In this document: positions 56,452 through 64,000 of the stretch, piece after piece | Numbering within the stretch: the stretch's first letter is position 1 | Layout: each line of letters starts with the position of its first letter | Source: Candidatus Pacearchaeota archaeon | Lineage (GTDB): Archaea > Nanobdellota > Nanobdellia > Pacearchaeales > GW2011-AR1 | DNA length: 64,000 nucleotides | Reading direction: 5' to 3' | NCBI GenBank assembly: GCA_018303845.1 | Contig: JAGVXH010000004.1 | Coordinates: forward strand, 261,165-325,164 | Notes under the pieces: generated by a model | The model's database searches: none | The model's input: the letters and a program-made list of their open reading frames with translations, nothing else | What the model was told of the DNA's origin: nothing | Position numbers and translations under genes: made by a program

Positions 56452-56572
56452 AAAATCCGTGTAATCCGTGTAATCTGCGGCTAAATAATTAACAAAATCC
56501 AAAAACAAAATCTGCGTAATCTGCGTAATCTGCGGCTAAATAATTAACAATCAATCCAAAAAAAATCCGTGC
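56452..56572. repeat. two tandem ~44-nt units (AATCYGYGT x3 + GGCTAAATAATTAACAA) plus a partial third, behind the helicase gene
   Basis: 56452-56495 is aaaatccgtgtaatccgtgtaatctgcggctaaataattaacaa. 56507-56550 is aaaatctgcgtaatctgcgtaatctgcggctaaataattaacaa. 56560-56572 is aaaaatccgtgcc. Confidence 0.95.
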
Positions 56573-56598
56573 CAATTCAAACTCAAGCCCCCTAACAG

Positions 56599-58755
56599 CT
56601 AACCCCTAATCTCAGAATCCCCCCCACTAAAAATCGAAACAATCTCCAAAATCCTCTCCCCATATTTCATCAACTTCTCTGGTCCAATCCCAGAAATCTT
56701 AATCAACTCCTGAGCATTAACTGGCATCATCCGAGCAATTTCATCTAAAGTTGCATTCGGCAAAATAACATAAGGCGGAACACCTCTCTCCTCCGCAACA
56801 ACACTCCTCCAACTCTTTAATTCTCCAACCAACCCCTCATCCGCCTCTTCAAAATCATTCTTACTTTTTACTCCCTGTTCCTTGTCCCTAGCAAGATTAC
56901 GCATCTCATTAGTTATATAATAAGTCGCCTTCTTCGTATGCGTCACAACCAATTCTCTCTTCGCCCTAGAAACCGCAACATAAAACAATCGCCGCTCCTC
57001 TTCTTCCCGGTCATAGTCATCCATCTTCACCATCTCAACAGCAGGATGGTCACTCGCCTTACAAGGAAAATTTTGTTCACTCGCTCCAATTATAAAAACT
57101 CGTCCAGCTTCAAGACCTTTAATCGCATGAATCGTAGCCAAAGTGACCTCTTGTTCCTTGTCTTCCACTCCTTGTTCTCCGCCATTAGAGTCATCCGCTC
57201 TAACCATATGCGCAATACCACGAAGCTTCATCGCCCGACTAAGCTCAAGCAAAATCTTATTCGTCCGAGCCAAAACAAAAACCTTTCCAACCAAATCCGA
57301 ATCCTCAATCTCTCTCAAAACAAATTCTCTCTCCGCATCCTCATCTGCAAAATCCAAAATCCTAATCTTCGCATCACCTTCAAGATGCCCTTCTAAATCC
57401 GGCAACTTCATCTCACGAATAGCATGATTCATAAATTCAACGACCTTAGGCAAACTTCGATAATTCCTCTTCAAATGCACAATCTCAATATTATCCTTAT
57501 CCGAGTTCACCTTCTTCCCAAAATCAGATTCAAAATTCAAAATAAAAGAAACATCACTACCTCTCCATCCAAAAATTGACTGCCGCGGGTCCCCAACCGC
57601 AAAAAGATTCGGCGACTTCAAAAGCCCAATCAATTCAATCTGCAACGCATTAACATCTTGATACTCGTCAATTAAGACATGTTCAAATTTAGGAACCTTG
57701 TCAGGATTCGCCTTCAAAAAATTGACAGCATCAATAATTTGGTCACTATAATCCCGCAAACCCTGAACCTCCATATGCTCTTTCAAGTATCGAGTAATCC
57801 GATAAATCCTCTCCGCATTAACCCGGTCCTTCCCCGCAACATCTCGACTCCAATCATAATCCCTTTTCCCGCTCACCTTAAAATAATCCATCACAGCAAA
57901 ACAATCATTCATGAAAGCATTAGACAATTGCGAGCTAGTCCGAAACTTTTTCTGTCCTGCACTAAAATATTCATCAACCACAACTTCCATATCAAGCCCC
58001 ATCGTAGCAACCGCCATATTCATCGCCAAAATTTTATCGCTATAACTTTGCACCCGAACCGCCCGACCATAAATTTCCGCCCCATGCTTCTGTAAAATCC
58101 TCTCGCAAAAAGAATTAAATGTATGAACTTTCACTCCAAAAATCCCCAAATCATCCAACCTCTTCTTCATCTCTAACCGAGCCTTTCGCGTAAACGTTAT
58201 CGCCAAAATATTCTCAGGCTCAACATTTCGATACTTAACCAGAAATTCAATCCTCTTAGTTAAAACCGTAGTCTTCCCAGTTCCAGCTCCAGCAACACAA
58301 AGCAAATTCCGCGCCCCAGAAACAATCGCCTTTTTCTGCTCGTCATTATACTTCTTCAAAAAATCCCGATACTTCTCAAACCTAATTTTATCCTCTTCCT
58401 CAATCTTACTCTCCGAAAAATCAACTCTATTCCCAAGCCTCTTCGCTTCCAGTGTAGGATGCGTAATTTCATTTCTCCCACGAATCGTCAATTGCAAAAC
58501 TTTGACAAACCTATTATAATCACTCACAACCATCTCAATCATTCCATTACTAATCAACCTATCAATCTCCCCCGCAACTTTTCCTTTATCCCAAGACAAG
58601 CTATCAAAATTATCAAGTTCATCAAGCCTATTCTTACTAATAGATTTATTAGAATAATCTCCAACCAAAAAATCAATCAAAAGTGTCCGCCCCACCTGAA
58701 ACGGCAACTCCATCAACGCTTTCAATATATGTGTATATTCCAAATTCTCTTTCAT
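56599..58755 (-). CDS. UvrD/Rep-family helicase with an N-terminal winged-helix (HTH_40/RQC-like) and a C-terminal HRDC domain
   Basis: CVAGAGTGKTTVL, LIDEYQDVN and RNYRS. The C-terminal RGVPPYVILPNATLDEIARMMPVNAQELIKISGIGPEKLMKYG is HRDC-like. Confidence 0.8.
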   Translation of the reverse strand: MKENLEYTHILKALMELPFQVGRTLLIDFLVGDYSNKSISKNRLDELDNFDSLSWDKGKVAGEIDRLISNGMIEMVVSDYNRFVKVLQLTIRGRNEITHPTLEAKRLGNRVDFSESKIEEEDKIRFEKYRDFLKKYNDEQKKAIVSGARNLLCVAGAGTGKTTVLTKRIEFLVKYRNVEPENILAITFTRKARLEMKKRLDDLGIFGVKVHTFNSFCERILQKHGAEIYGRAVRVQSYSDKILAMNMAVATMGLDMEVVVDEYFSAGQKKFRTSSQLSNAFMNDCFAVMDYFKVSGKRDYDWSRDVAGKDRVNAERIYRITRYLKEHMEVQGLRDYSDQIIDAVNFLKANPDKVPKFEHVLIDEYQDVNALQIELIGLLKSPNLFAVGDPRQSIFGWRGSDVSFILNFESDFGKKVNSDKDNIEIVHLKRNYRSLPKVVEFMNHAIREMKLPDLEGHLEGDAKIRILDFADEDAEREFVLREIEDSDLVGKVFVLARTNKILLELSRAMKLRGIAHMVRADDSNGGEQGVEDKEQEVTLATIHAIKGLEAGRVFIIGASEQNFPCKASDHPAVEMVKMDDYDREEEERRLFYVAVSRAKRELVVTHTKKATYYITNEMRNLARDKEQGVKSKNDFEEADEGLVGELKSWRSVVAEERGVPPYVILPNATLDEIARMMPVNAQELIKISGIGPEKLMKYGERILEIVSIFSGGDSEIRG

Positions 58756-58828
58756 AACAAAGAAAACAGGAGTTCGCTTTTAAGTTTTATTGAGATTGCA
58801 AGGATTTTTTAAAATAAGAATACAAAAT

Positions 58829-59191
58829 TCACCGCCCGTATTTCTTCTTCCTTAGATTATCATAATAAGAAATTCCCCTCTCCAGCAACTCTCTTGCTTC
58901 TGAAGATAAACTTTCCACAATATCATCCCTTATTTTATTTTCTAGTCTAGCAAAACCATCAAAGACAGGACTATATCCAAATTTTCCTCCAAACTTTATT
59001 CCTATTCCATCTTCAGTCAAATATATAACATCCTGGAAAGACTTAATCGCTCCAGAATTAAATCCGTCTTTATCGGGAAATATTTCCCTAATGACCATAC
59101 TAGAATCAACCGCACCTCTTTCTTTATCTAACTCACATGGATAAGAATAAGAATTATATTCAATTTCCCAGCGTCTTTCTCCCAGCAACAT
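58829..59191 (-). CDS. hypothetical protein, paralog of 59196-59573
   Basis: Start placed at MLLGERRWEIEY (Met11 of the tracked ORF). Shares W.(F/I)EY ... (E)(I/Y)FP(D/A) ... LLE..I.YY with the upstream neighbour. Confidence 0.45.
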   Translation of the reverse strand: MLLGERRWEIEYNSYSYPCELDKERGAVDSSMVIREIFPDKDGFNSGAIKSFQDVIYLTEDGIGIKFGGKFGYSPVFDGFARLENKIRDDIVESLSSEARELLERGISYYDNLRKKKYGR

Positions 59192-59195
59192 TTCG

Positions 59196-59573
59196 TTACA
59201 GCCTAACACAATATCTATCATGAGGCTTCCCCTCGGTTTTCAACTCATAATAATCTATTGCAGAAAGTATCAACTCCAAAACTCCAGAAGGCAATTTCTC
59301 AGAGAACGCCGCATTTTGTTTTTTATAAGAAGAAGAAAGATCCTCAAGAACCTCGCTTCGTCCATATTTTTCAATTCCACCGATAATAATGTCTTCGTCT
59401 TTTCTAACAATACTATCCTTAAAAGTAACATCAGTTGCGGGAAAATATTCTAAAACTTTCAAGCTCTTATCTCCACTACTAGAATTATCTGGAAAATATT
59501 CAAACTTCCAAGTAGTCCTTCCCTCGTATTTTACCTCAAAGAAAGCACTAGATTTTCTATTTGTTTTAATCAT
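59196..59573 (-). CDS. hypothetical protein, paralog of 58829-59191
   Basis: 125 aa with the shared motif order described for the downstream paralog. Confidence 0.45.
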   Translation of the reverse strand: MIKTNRKSSAFFEVKYEGRTTWKFEYFPDNSSSGDKSLKVLEYFPATDVTFKDSIVRKDEDIIIGGIEKYGRSEVLEDLSSSYKKQNAAFSEKLPSGVLELILSAIDYYELKTEGKPHDRYCVRL

Positions 59574-59615
59574 CCCAAAAAAATCTAATCACCCTTTTTA
59601 AAAATTTCCCTTTCC

Positions 59616-60539
59616 TCAAATCTTCATCTCAACTCGATTATTATCTTCTTTTAACTCTAAAACCTTATCTGAATAATCCACAGCAAATTCCATCACTTCA
59701 ACCTTTCCATCTAGCAGCATATTCTCAACTCTAAGCGTTCTCCCATAACCAATCTCAATATCACCCAAATCAACCACATCAACAATTTCACCGTCGGCAA
59801 TAACAGTTAAATCAATGCCATCTATTCTCACAAGCCCCTCATTTAAAATAGAAATATTAAAATCCAAATATCTTCCTTGAATCTTTCCATTTACACTTTC
59901 AACTCGCGCGTCCGCCAAAGCCTCAACCAAATAAAGCTCTCTCATAATCTTCCCCATGTCAGGGCTCATTCTTTGCCAGCAATTCGAAGTGTTATACATA
60001 ATATTCCTAATATCTGGAGAATGGTCAAATCCAAAAACATGTCCAAGCTCATGCAAAGCAACAATAGGATACACGCAATCCTCCCCATTATACAAAATCA
60101 CTTTCCCTTCTTCAATCACCTTAAATCCACTCGTGTTAATAATCCTCGACGGACCGCCTTCTCCGGCCGCAAACAACTCATCACCCAATTCAACAAAATC
60201 ATTAGAACATTCAACCTTAATATCAGAACTTCCATTTCCTTCATAAAACGCAATAACTTTAACCTCGCTAGAAAAAATATTAAACGCCGCAACCATATCA
60301 TCTCTTCTCACCTTATCACAATCTTCGTCAATCCAATACGAAATCAAATTATGATTAAACCTCAAATTCTCCGCAAAAATCGGAACCGCACCATAATCAA
60401 CCACAGCTCCAACATTTTTGGGCTCAATATAATTAACCTTCAATTCAATAGGCGCCCTAGGCAAATTATCAAACATCAAAGCAACGCTAAAAATCACCAT
60501 CATAAAAATAATCATCACCGCAGCCACCTTCCAAACCAT
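59616..60539 (-). CDS. membrane-anchored metzincin (matrixin-like) zinc protease with a C-terminal beta-sandwich (CARDB-like) region
   Basis: N-terminal TM helix, then VALHELGHVFGFDHS (HExxHxxGxxH) followed by NIMY (Met-turn). Confidence 0.7.
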   Translation of the reverse strand: MVWKVAAVMIIFMMVIFSVALMFDNLPRAPIELKVNYIEPKNVGAVVDYGAVPIFAENLRFNHNLISYWIDEDCDKVRRDDMVAAFNIFSSEVKVIAFYEGNGSSDIKVECSNDFVELGDELFAAGEGGPSRIINTSGFKVIEEGKVILYNGEDCVYPIVALHELGHVFGFDHSPDIRNIMYNTSNCWQRMSPDMGKIMRELYLVEALADARVESVNGKIQGRYLDFNISILNEGLVRIDGIDLTVIADGEIVDVVDLGDIEIGYGRTLRVENMLLDGKVEVMEFAVDYSDKVLELKEDNNRVEMKI

Positions 60540-60575
60540 AATCCCACAAACAAAAAACCCTATTTATTCTTATCG

Positions 60576-61472
60576 TCAAACAACAAGGGCTTCCAGTGGT
60601 TTCCTTAATTTTTTCCTAGCCCTTTTTTCAGCCATCCGAATTCCTTCAATACCAATCCCGTATTTTTCAGATAATTTCTTAAAAGTAATCCCTCTCCCAT
60701 GACTTTCAATAATATCCACATCCCTTTCAGAAAGATTACAGCTACAAATAACACCCCTAACTTTCTCAACAATATCCAATTCCTCGACACATTTTTCTGG
60801 TCCACAAGCATTATCCCCCAAATAAACACTTTCCCAGGAATCGCCATAAGGATTATCCAAAAATGCAGGACCATTAATATTTCGAGCAGAAGCCATATTT
60901 GTCCCAAGCGCAAGCGCCCCAAGCGCCCCTCTATCCATTCGCTCGCCTCTTTCAAAAATAAAATTCGAGAATAGAGCTTCCTGCAAATTATCCCCATTTT
61001 CAATCGCTCTCTTAACCGCCGATCTAGCTCTTACAAAATCGTTTCTACTCAGTGGTATATCAGTATATTTCATTCCCATATCATACATCCGACTAGCTAC
61101 TTGATATCCAATAAAAGTAGTCATCCCAGATTTCTCAGGATTATAATTATGTAAATTCTCCAATACACAAATAATTCCTTCGGGGACCAATTCCTTCATC
61201 CCTACATTAAACCCCTTAAGAGAAACCCTCCCATTTCCTCCCATTTTCCATCCTCTCCCATGAAGCATCTCCTTCGCAACAACATAAACAAACGACTCAG
61301 ACCTAACAACAACTTCATTTGCAATTTCAATTTGATGAGCAGTCCTTTTACGCAAGTCAAATTTTCCAGCCTTATTAAACTGGTCAGAAGTTATGGACTC
61401 AACATATTCTCGCCCCAAAGAATTCAGTATTTTCCCTTTATCCGAAATAGTATAACTTTCCACCATTAACAA
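60576..61472 (-). CDS. sigma-70-family-like protein
   Basis: ELVPEGIICVLENLHNYNPEKSGMTTFIGYQVASRMYD aligns by eye to region 2 (DLIQEGNIGL..AVEKFDP.KG.KFSTYA.WWIRQAI). LSERDVDIIESHGRGITFKKLSEKYGIGIEGIRMAEKRARKKLR aligns to region 4. Confidence 0.55.
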   Translation of the reverse strand: MLMVESYTISDKGKILNSLGREYVESITSDQFNKAGKFDLRKRTAHQIEIANEVVVRSESFVYVVAKEMLHGRGWKMGGNGRVSLKGFNVGMKELVPEGIICVLENLHNYNPEKSGMTTFIGYQVASRMYDMGMKYTDIPLSRNDFVRARSAVKRAIENGDNLQEALFSNFIFERGERMDRGALGALALGTNMASARNINGPAFLDNPYGDSWESVYLGDNACGPEKCVEELDIVEKVRGVICSCNLSERDVDIIESHGRGITFKKLSEKYGIGIEGIRMAEKRARKKLRKPLEALVV

Positions 61473-61531
61473 TACAAAAAATATTTTATAAAGTTTGTCA
61501 TTGTAATCATTAAAGAGTTATTACAATAAAA

Positions 61532-62440
61532 TTATTCCTTCCTTCCCATAATCCTCTCAATATCTTCAGTCGTCTTCGCTCCAACCAAATCCCCACGCAA
61601 CTTCTTCCCGTCCGCTAACCCCTTCGTGAAATTCATCGCCTGATATTTAACCTGCCGAAAATAGAGCCCATATTTCTTAGCCAATTTCAAATACTCTCCA
61701 AATCCAACCTCGTCCCCCTTTAGTCCGTGTTCGTCCGTGTTCGTCCGTGTGCCATTTTTTAAGAGTTGACCAGATTTATTTTCAAGCCCCAAGAAAATTC
61801 CAGGTCTCCCGATAGCCTCTCGTCCAATCATCACAAAATCAAAATCCCTCAAAATCTTCTCCACATCATTAAGATTGGAAACCCCACTAAAAATAACAGG
61901 CATACTAGCCTTCTCCTTAATCTTCAAAGCAAAATCATAATCAACTTCTCCGCTATACCCCTGACTCAAAGTCCGAGCATGAATACAAACAGCACTCACT
62001 CCAATCTCCTCACAAATCCTCAAAATATCAAAGGCCAAATCACTCTTCCGAATTTTAACAGTCAATGGTTTTCTAGTACAACTTCTCATCACTCTCAAAA
62101 TATCTTCAATTACTTCCAAATCATTTAAACAAGCTCCATGTTTCAATTTCTTAGACAACTTCGACGGACACCCCAAATTAAAATCCCAACCCGAAACCCT
62201 AGAATCATATTCCTTCATAAAACTCTTAATCCCACGAGAAGAATTCCCAAACAACTGCAAAACAGGCTTATCATCTAAATCAAGTTTAGCCTTAGATAAA
62301 GCCGAAGTCATCCCAGTCCAAGTCAACCCACATCCAGCCCGCCTACAAAGCAACCGAAAAGCAATATCATTAGGCTCAAGCATCGGAGCAAGAAAAACTC
62401 TGGCCTTCAATTTCAAATTCCCAAGTCTATAATCCATCAC
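61532..62440 (-). CDS. dus: tRNA-dihydrouridine synthase
   Basis: LAPMLEPNDIAFRLLCRR.G, DFNLGCP, VKIR and IHART motifs. Carries the repeat-derived insert GTRTNTDEHGLKG. Confidence 0.8.
   Translation of the reverse strand: MMDYRLGNLKLKARVFLAPMLEPNDIAFRLLCRRAGCGLTWTGMTSALSKAKLDLDDKPVLQLFGNSSRGIKSFMKEYDSRVSGWDFNLGCPSKLSKKLKHGACLNDLEVIEDILRVMRSCTRKPLTVKIRKSDLAFDILRICEEIGVSAVCIHARTLSQGYSGEVDYDFALKIKEKASMPVIFSGVSNLNDVEKILRDFDFVMIGREAIGRPGIFLGLENKSGQLLKNGTRTNTDEHGLKGDEVGFGEYLKLAKKYGLYFRQVKYQAMNFTKGLADGKKLRGDLVGAKTTEDIERIMGRKE
61721..61753. repeat. (TCGTCCGTGT)-type x3 run, in frame in dus
   Basis: Direct reading gives tagtccgtgttcgtccgtgttcgtccgtgtgcc. Confidence 0.9.
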
Positions 62441-62557
62441 AGATTATCCAAAGGAGACTTTATATTTTTAATTCTAGTTTAACTAACGAGGTTTTCTTGT
62501 CTTTAACGAGAGTTATCCCAAATAAATTTATTAAGTAGTCTAAAAATTATAGATAAT

Positions 62558-63799
62558 ATGATAATCCCAATAATAATTCTAGTTATCGTTCTTATCCTTA
62601 TTGCAATTAGACAAGTTGGCAATATAAAACTTCAGATTTGGCAGATAATGCTTTTCGGAGCAATTGCCGTTTTAATAACAGGTCAAATCTCTCCACTTAA
62701 TGCCTTAAAGTCGGTAAATGTAGACATAATGTTTTTTTTGTTTAGTATGTTTGTCATAGGCGTTGCACTTGAAGAGAGCGGCTACCTTTCTCATCTATCG
62801 TATAAAATATTTGGAAGAGCAAAAAATACAAACCAATTATTATTACTAATTTTATTCGGAATGGGATTTGCGTCGGCACTTCTTATGAATGATACTTTAG
62901 CAATCATAGGAACACCAATGATCATACTTCTCGCCAAAAAACATGGCATTAGTCCAAAGGCTCTTCTAATCGCACTAGCATTTGCAATAACAATTGGTAG
63001 CGTCATGAGTCCCATAGGAAATCCACAAAATTTTCTTATTGCAACACAAGGAAATATCGATAACCCATTTCTGACTTTTTTACAATATTTATTTATGCCA
63101 ACACTAATAAATCTCTTAGCGGCTTTCTTCCTGCTGAAATTTTTTTACAAAAAACAATTTGCAAATGTCTCATTAAACCATTCTCAAGAGCCAATAAAAA
63201 ATCGCACACTTGCAATGTTATCTAAGATGTCGCTTGCCCTCTTGCTAATATTAATATTTATAAAAATTGCAATGACATTTCTAAATATACATCTTGACCT
63301 TAAATTAGTCTATATCGTATTTATAGCAGCACTGCCGATTTTACTATTCAGTAAAGAAAGAATTTCTATAATAAAGAAAATAGATTGGAGCACATTAATA
63401 TTTTTTGCCGCTATGTTTATACTGATGGAGAGTGTTTGGAATACCGGATTTTTTCAATCAACCATAACCACTCTAAACATAAATATTCTTTCAATCCCGA
63501 TAATATTAGTTATTAGTATTTTGTTAAGTCAGTTAATATCAAATGTCCCCTTAGTAGCACTTTACCTGCCAATGCTTTCTCATGCAGGAGCAACAACTAG
63601 GGAGATGATGGTATTGGCCGCCGGAAGCACCATAGCAGGCAATCTTCTTATATTCGGAGCTGCAAGCAATATCATTATAATCCAAAACGCAGAAAAGAAA
63701 TCTGGAGAAACAATAACTTTCCTAGAATTCGCAAAAATAGGGATCCCGATGACAGCAGTTAATCTCTTGATTTACTGGTTATTTTTTATAATAATTTGA
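62558..63799 (+). CDS. ArsB/NhaD/CitMHS-superfamily anion permease
   Basis: 413 aa with about 10-12 TM helices and the duplicated pattern SPIGNPQNFLI / AGNLLIFGAASNIII typical of this permease superfamily. Confidence 0.65.
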   Translation: MIIPIIILVIVLILIAIRQVGNIKLQIWQIMLFGAIAVLITGQISPLNALKSVNVDIMFFLFSMFVIGVALEESGYLSHLSYKIFGRAKNTNQLLLLILFGMGFASALLMNDTLAIIGTPMIILLAKKHGISPKALLIALAFAITIGSVMSPIGNPQNFLIATQGNIDNPFLTFLQYLFMPTLINLLAAFFLLKFFYKKQFANVSLNHSQEPIKNRTLAMLSKMSLALLLILIFIKIAMTFLNIHLDLKLVYIVFIAALPILLFSKERISIIKKIDWSTLIFFAAMFILMESVWNTGFFQSTITTLNINILSIPIILVISILLSQLISNVPLVALYLPMLSHAGATTREMMVLAAGSTIAGNLLIFGAASNIIIIQNAEKKSGETITFLEFAKIGIPMTAVNLLIYWLFFIII

Positions 63800-63847
63800 A
63801 TGGATGGCAATTCTCTAAAGAAATTTTTTAAATTCTGATTTTAAACT

Positions 63848-63913
63848 CCTAATCTCTAATCTCTATCATCTAATCTCTATCATCTAATCTCTAACATCTA
63901 ACCCCTAACCCCT
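63848..63913. repeat. TAATCTC / CTAACCC-type motif run behind a minus-strand stop codon
   Basis: Direct reading gives cctaatctctaatctctatcatctaatctctatcatctaatctctaacatctaacccctaacccct. Confidence 0.9.
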
Positions 63914-64000
63914 CTCCCTCTTCACCGCTCGCCCAATTCTCTCCAAATAAGCCCGCCCAAGCATTGGCAATCCAATTCTAAACTTCTCCTCACAATTTTC
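63905..64000 (-). CDS. C-terminal end of an unidentified gene (runs off right edge)
   Basis: The minus strand reads ENCEEKFRIGLPMLGRAYLERIGRAVKRERG* with the stop at 63905-63907. G/T-rich codon style matches other minus-strand genes. Confidence 0.35.
   Translation of the reverse strand, partial: ENCEEKFRIGLPMLGRAYLERIGRAVKRERG

Overview
AT-rich prokaryotic window with about 60 protein genes, roughly two thirds on the minus strand, plus one intron-containing tRNA. All calls come from reading motifs by eye; no searches were run. The information-processing genes are archaeal: family-B DNA polymerase, FEN1, TFE-alpha, a RecJ/GAN-like DHH nuclease, Nre, and tRNA-Glu(CUC) with a long intron. Many housekeeping and repair genes look bacterial-type: type I GAPDH, a uvrA-uvrC-uvrB cluster, a UvrD-family helicase, bacterial-style LeuRS and AlaRS, a sigma-70-like protein and a DnaA-like AAA+ protein. 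I infer a small-genome DPANN-like archaeon. Other content includes a six-gene glycogen operon (glycogen synthase, GH57, GH15) with a ParA/MinD ATPase and two paralogous small proteins embedded in it. There is also a cluster of five similarly built membrane proteins, a SWIM-SNF2 helicase with a YgjP-type metallopeptidase, a Ca/Na antiporter, a rhomboid gene with a frameshift, and transporters. The most unusual signal is several families of short tandem motifs: (CACGGATTA)n-GGCTAAA, (CCCCCAAA)n plus hairpin, GAGCCCCCC arrays and TAATCTC runs. These sit directly behind stop codons of minus-strand genes. They also occur in frame inside conserved genes (uvrB, uvrC, leuS, dus, nre, a SpoIIM-like gene). 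In uvrB and leuS they form the exact borders of whole extra domains: a YdeN/RBBP9-like serine hydrolase in UvrB and a HAD-like module in LeuRS. All three uvr genes also have diverged partial copies of a gene terminus next to small insertions. The top strand is A+C-rich whichever way genes point, so codon choice differs by strand, and a few genes break this pattern.
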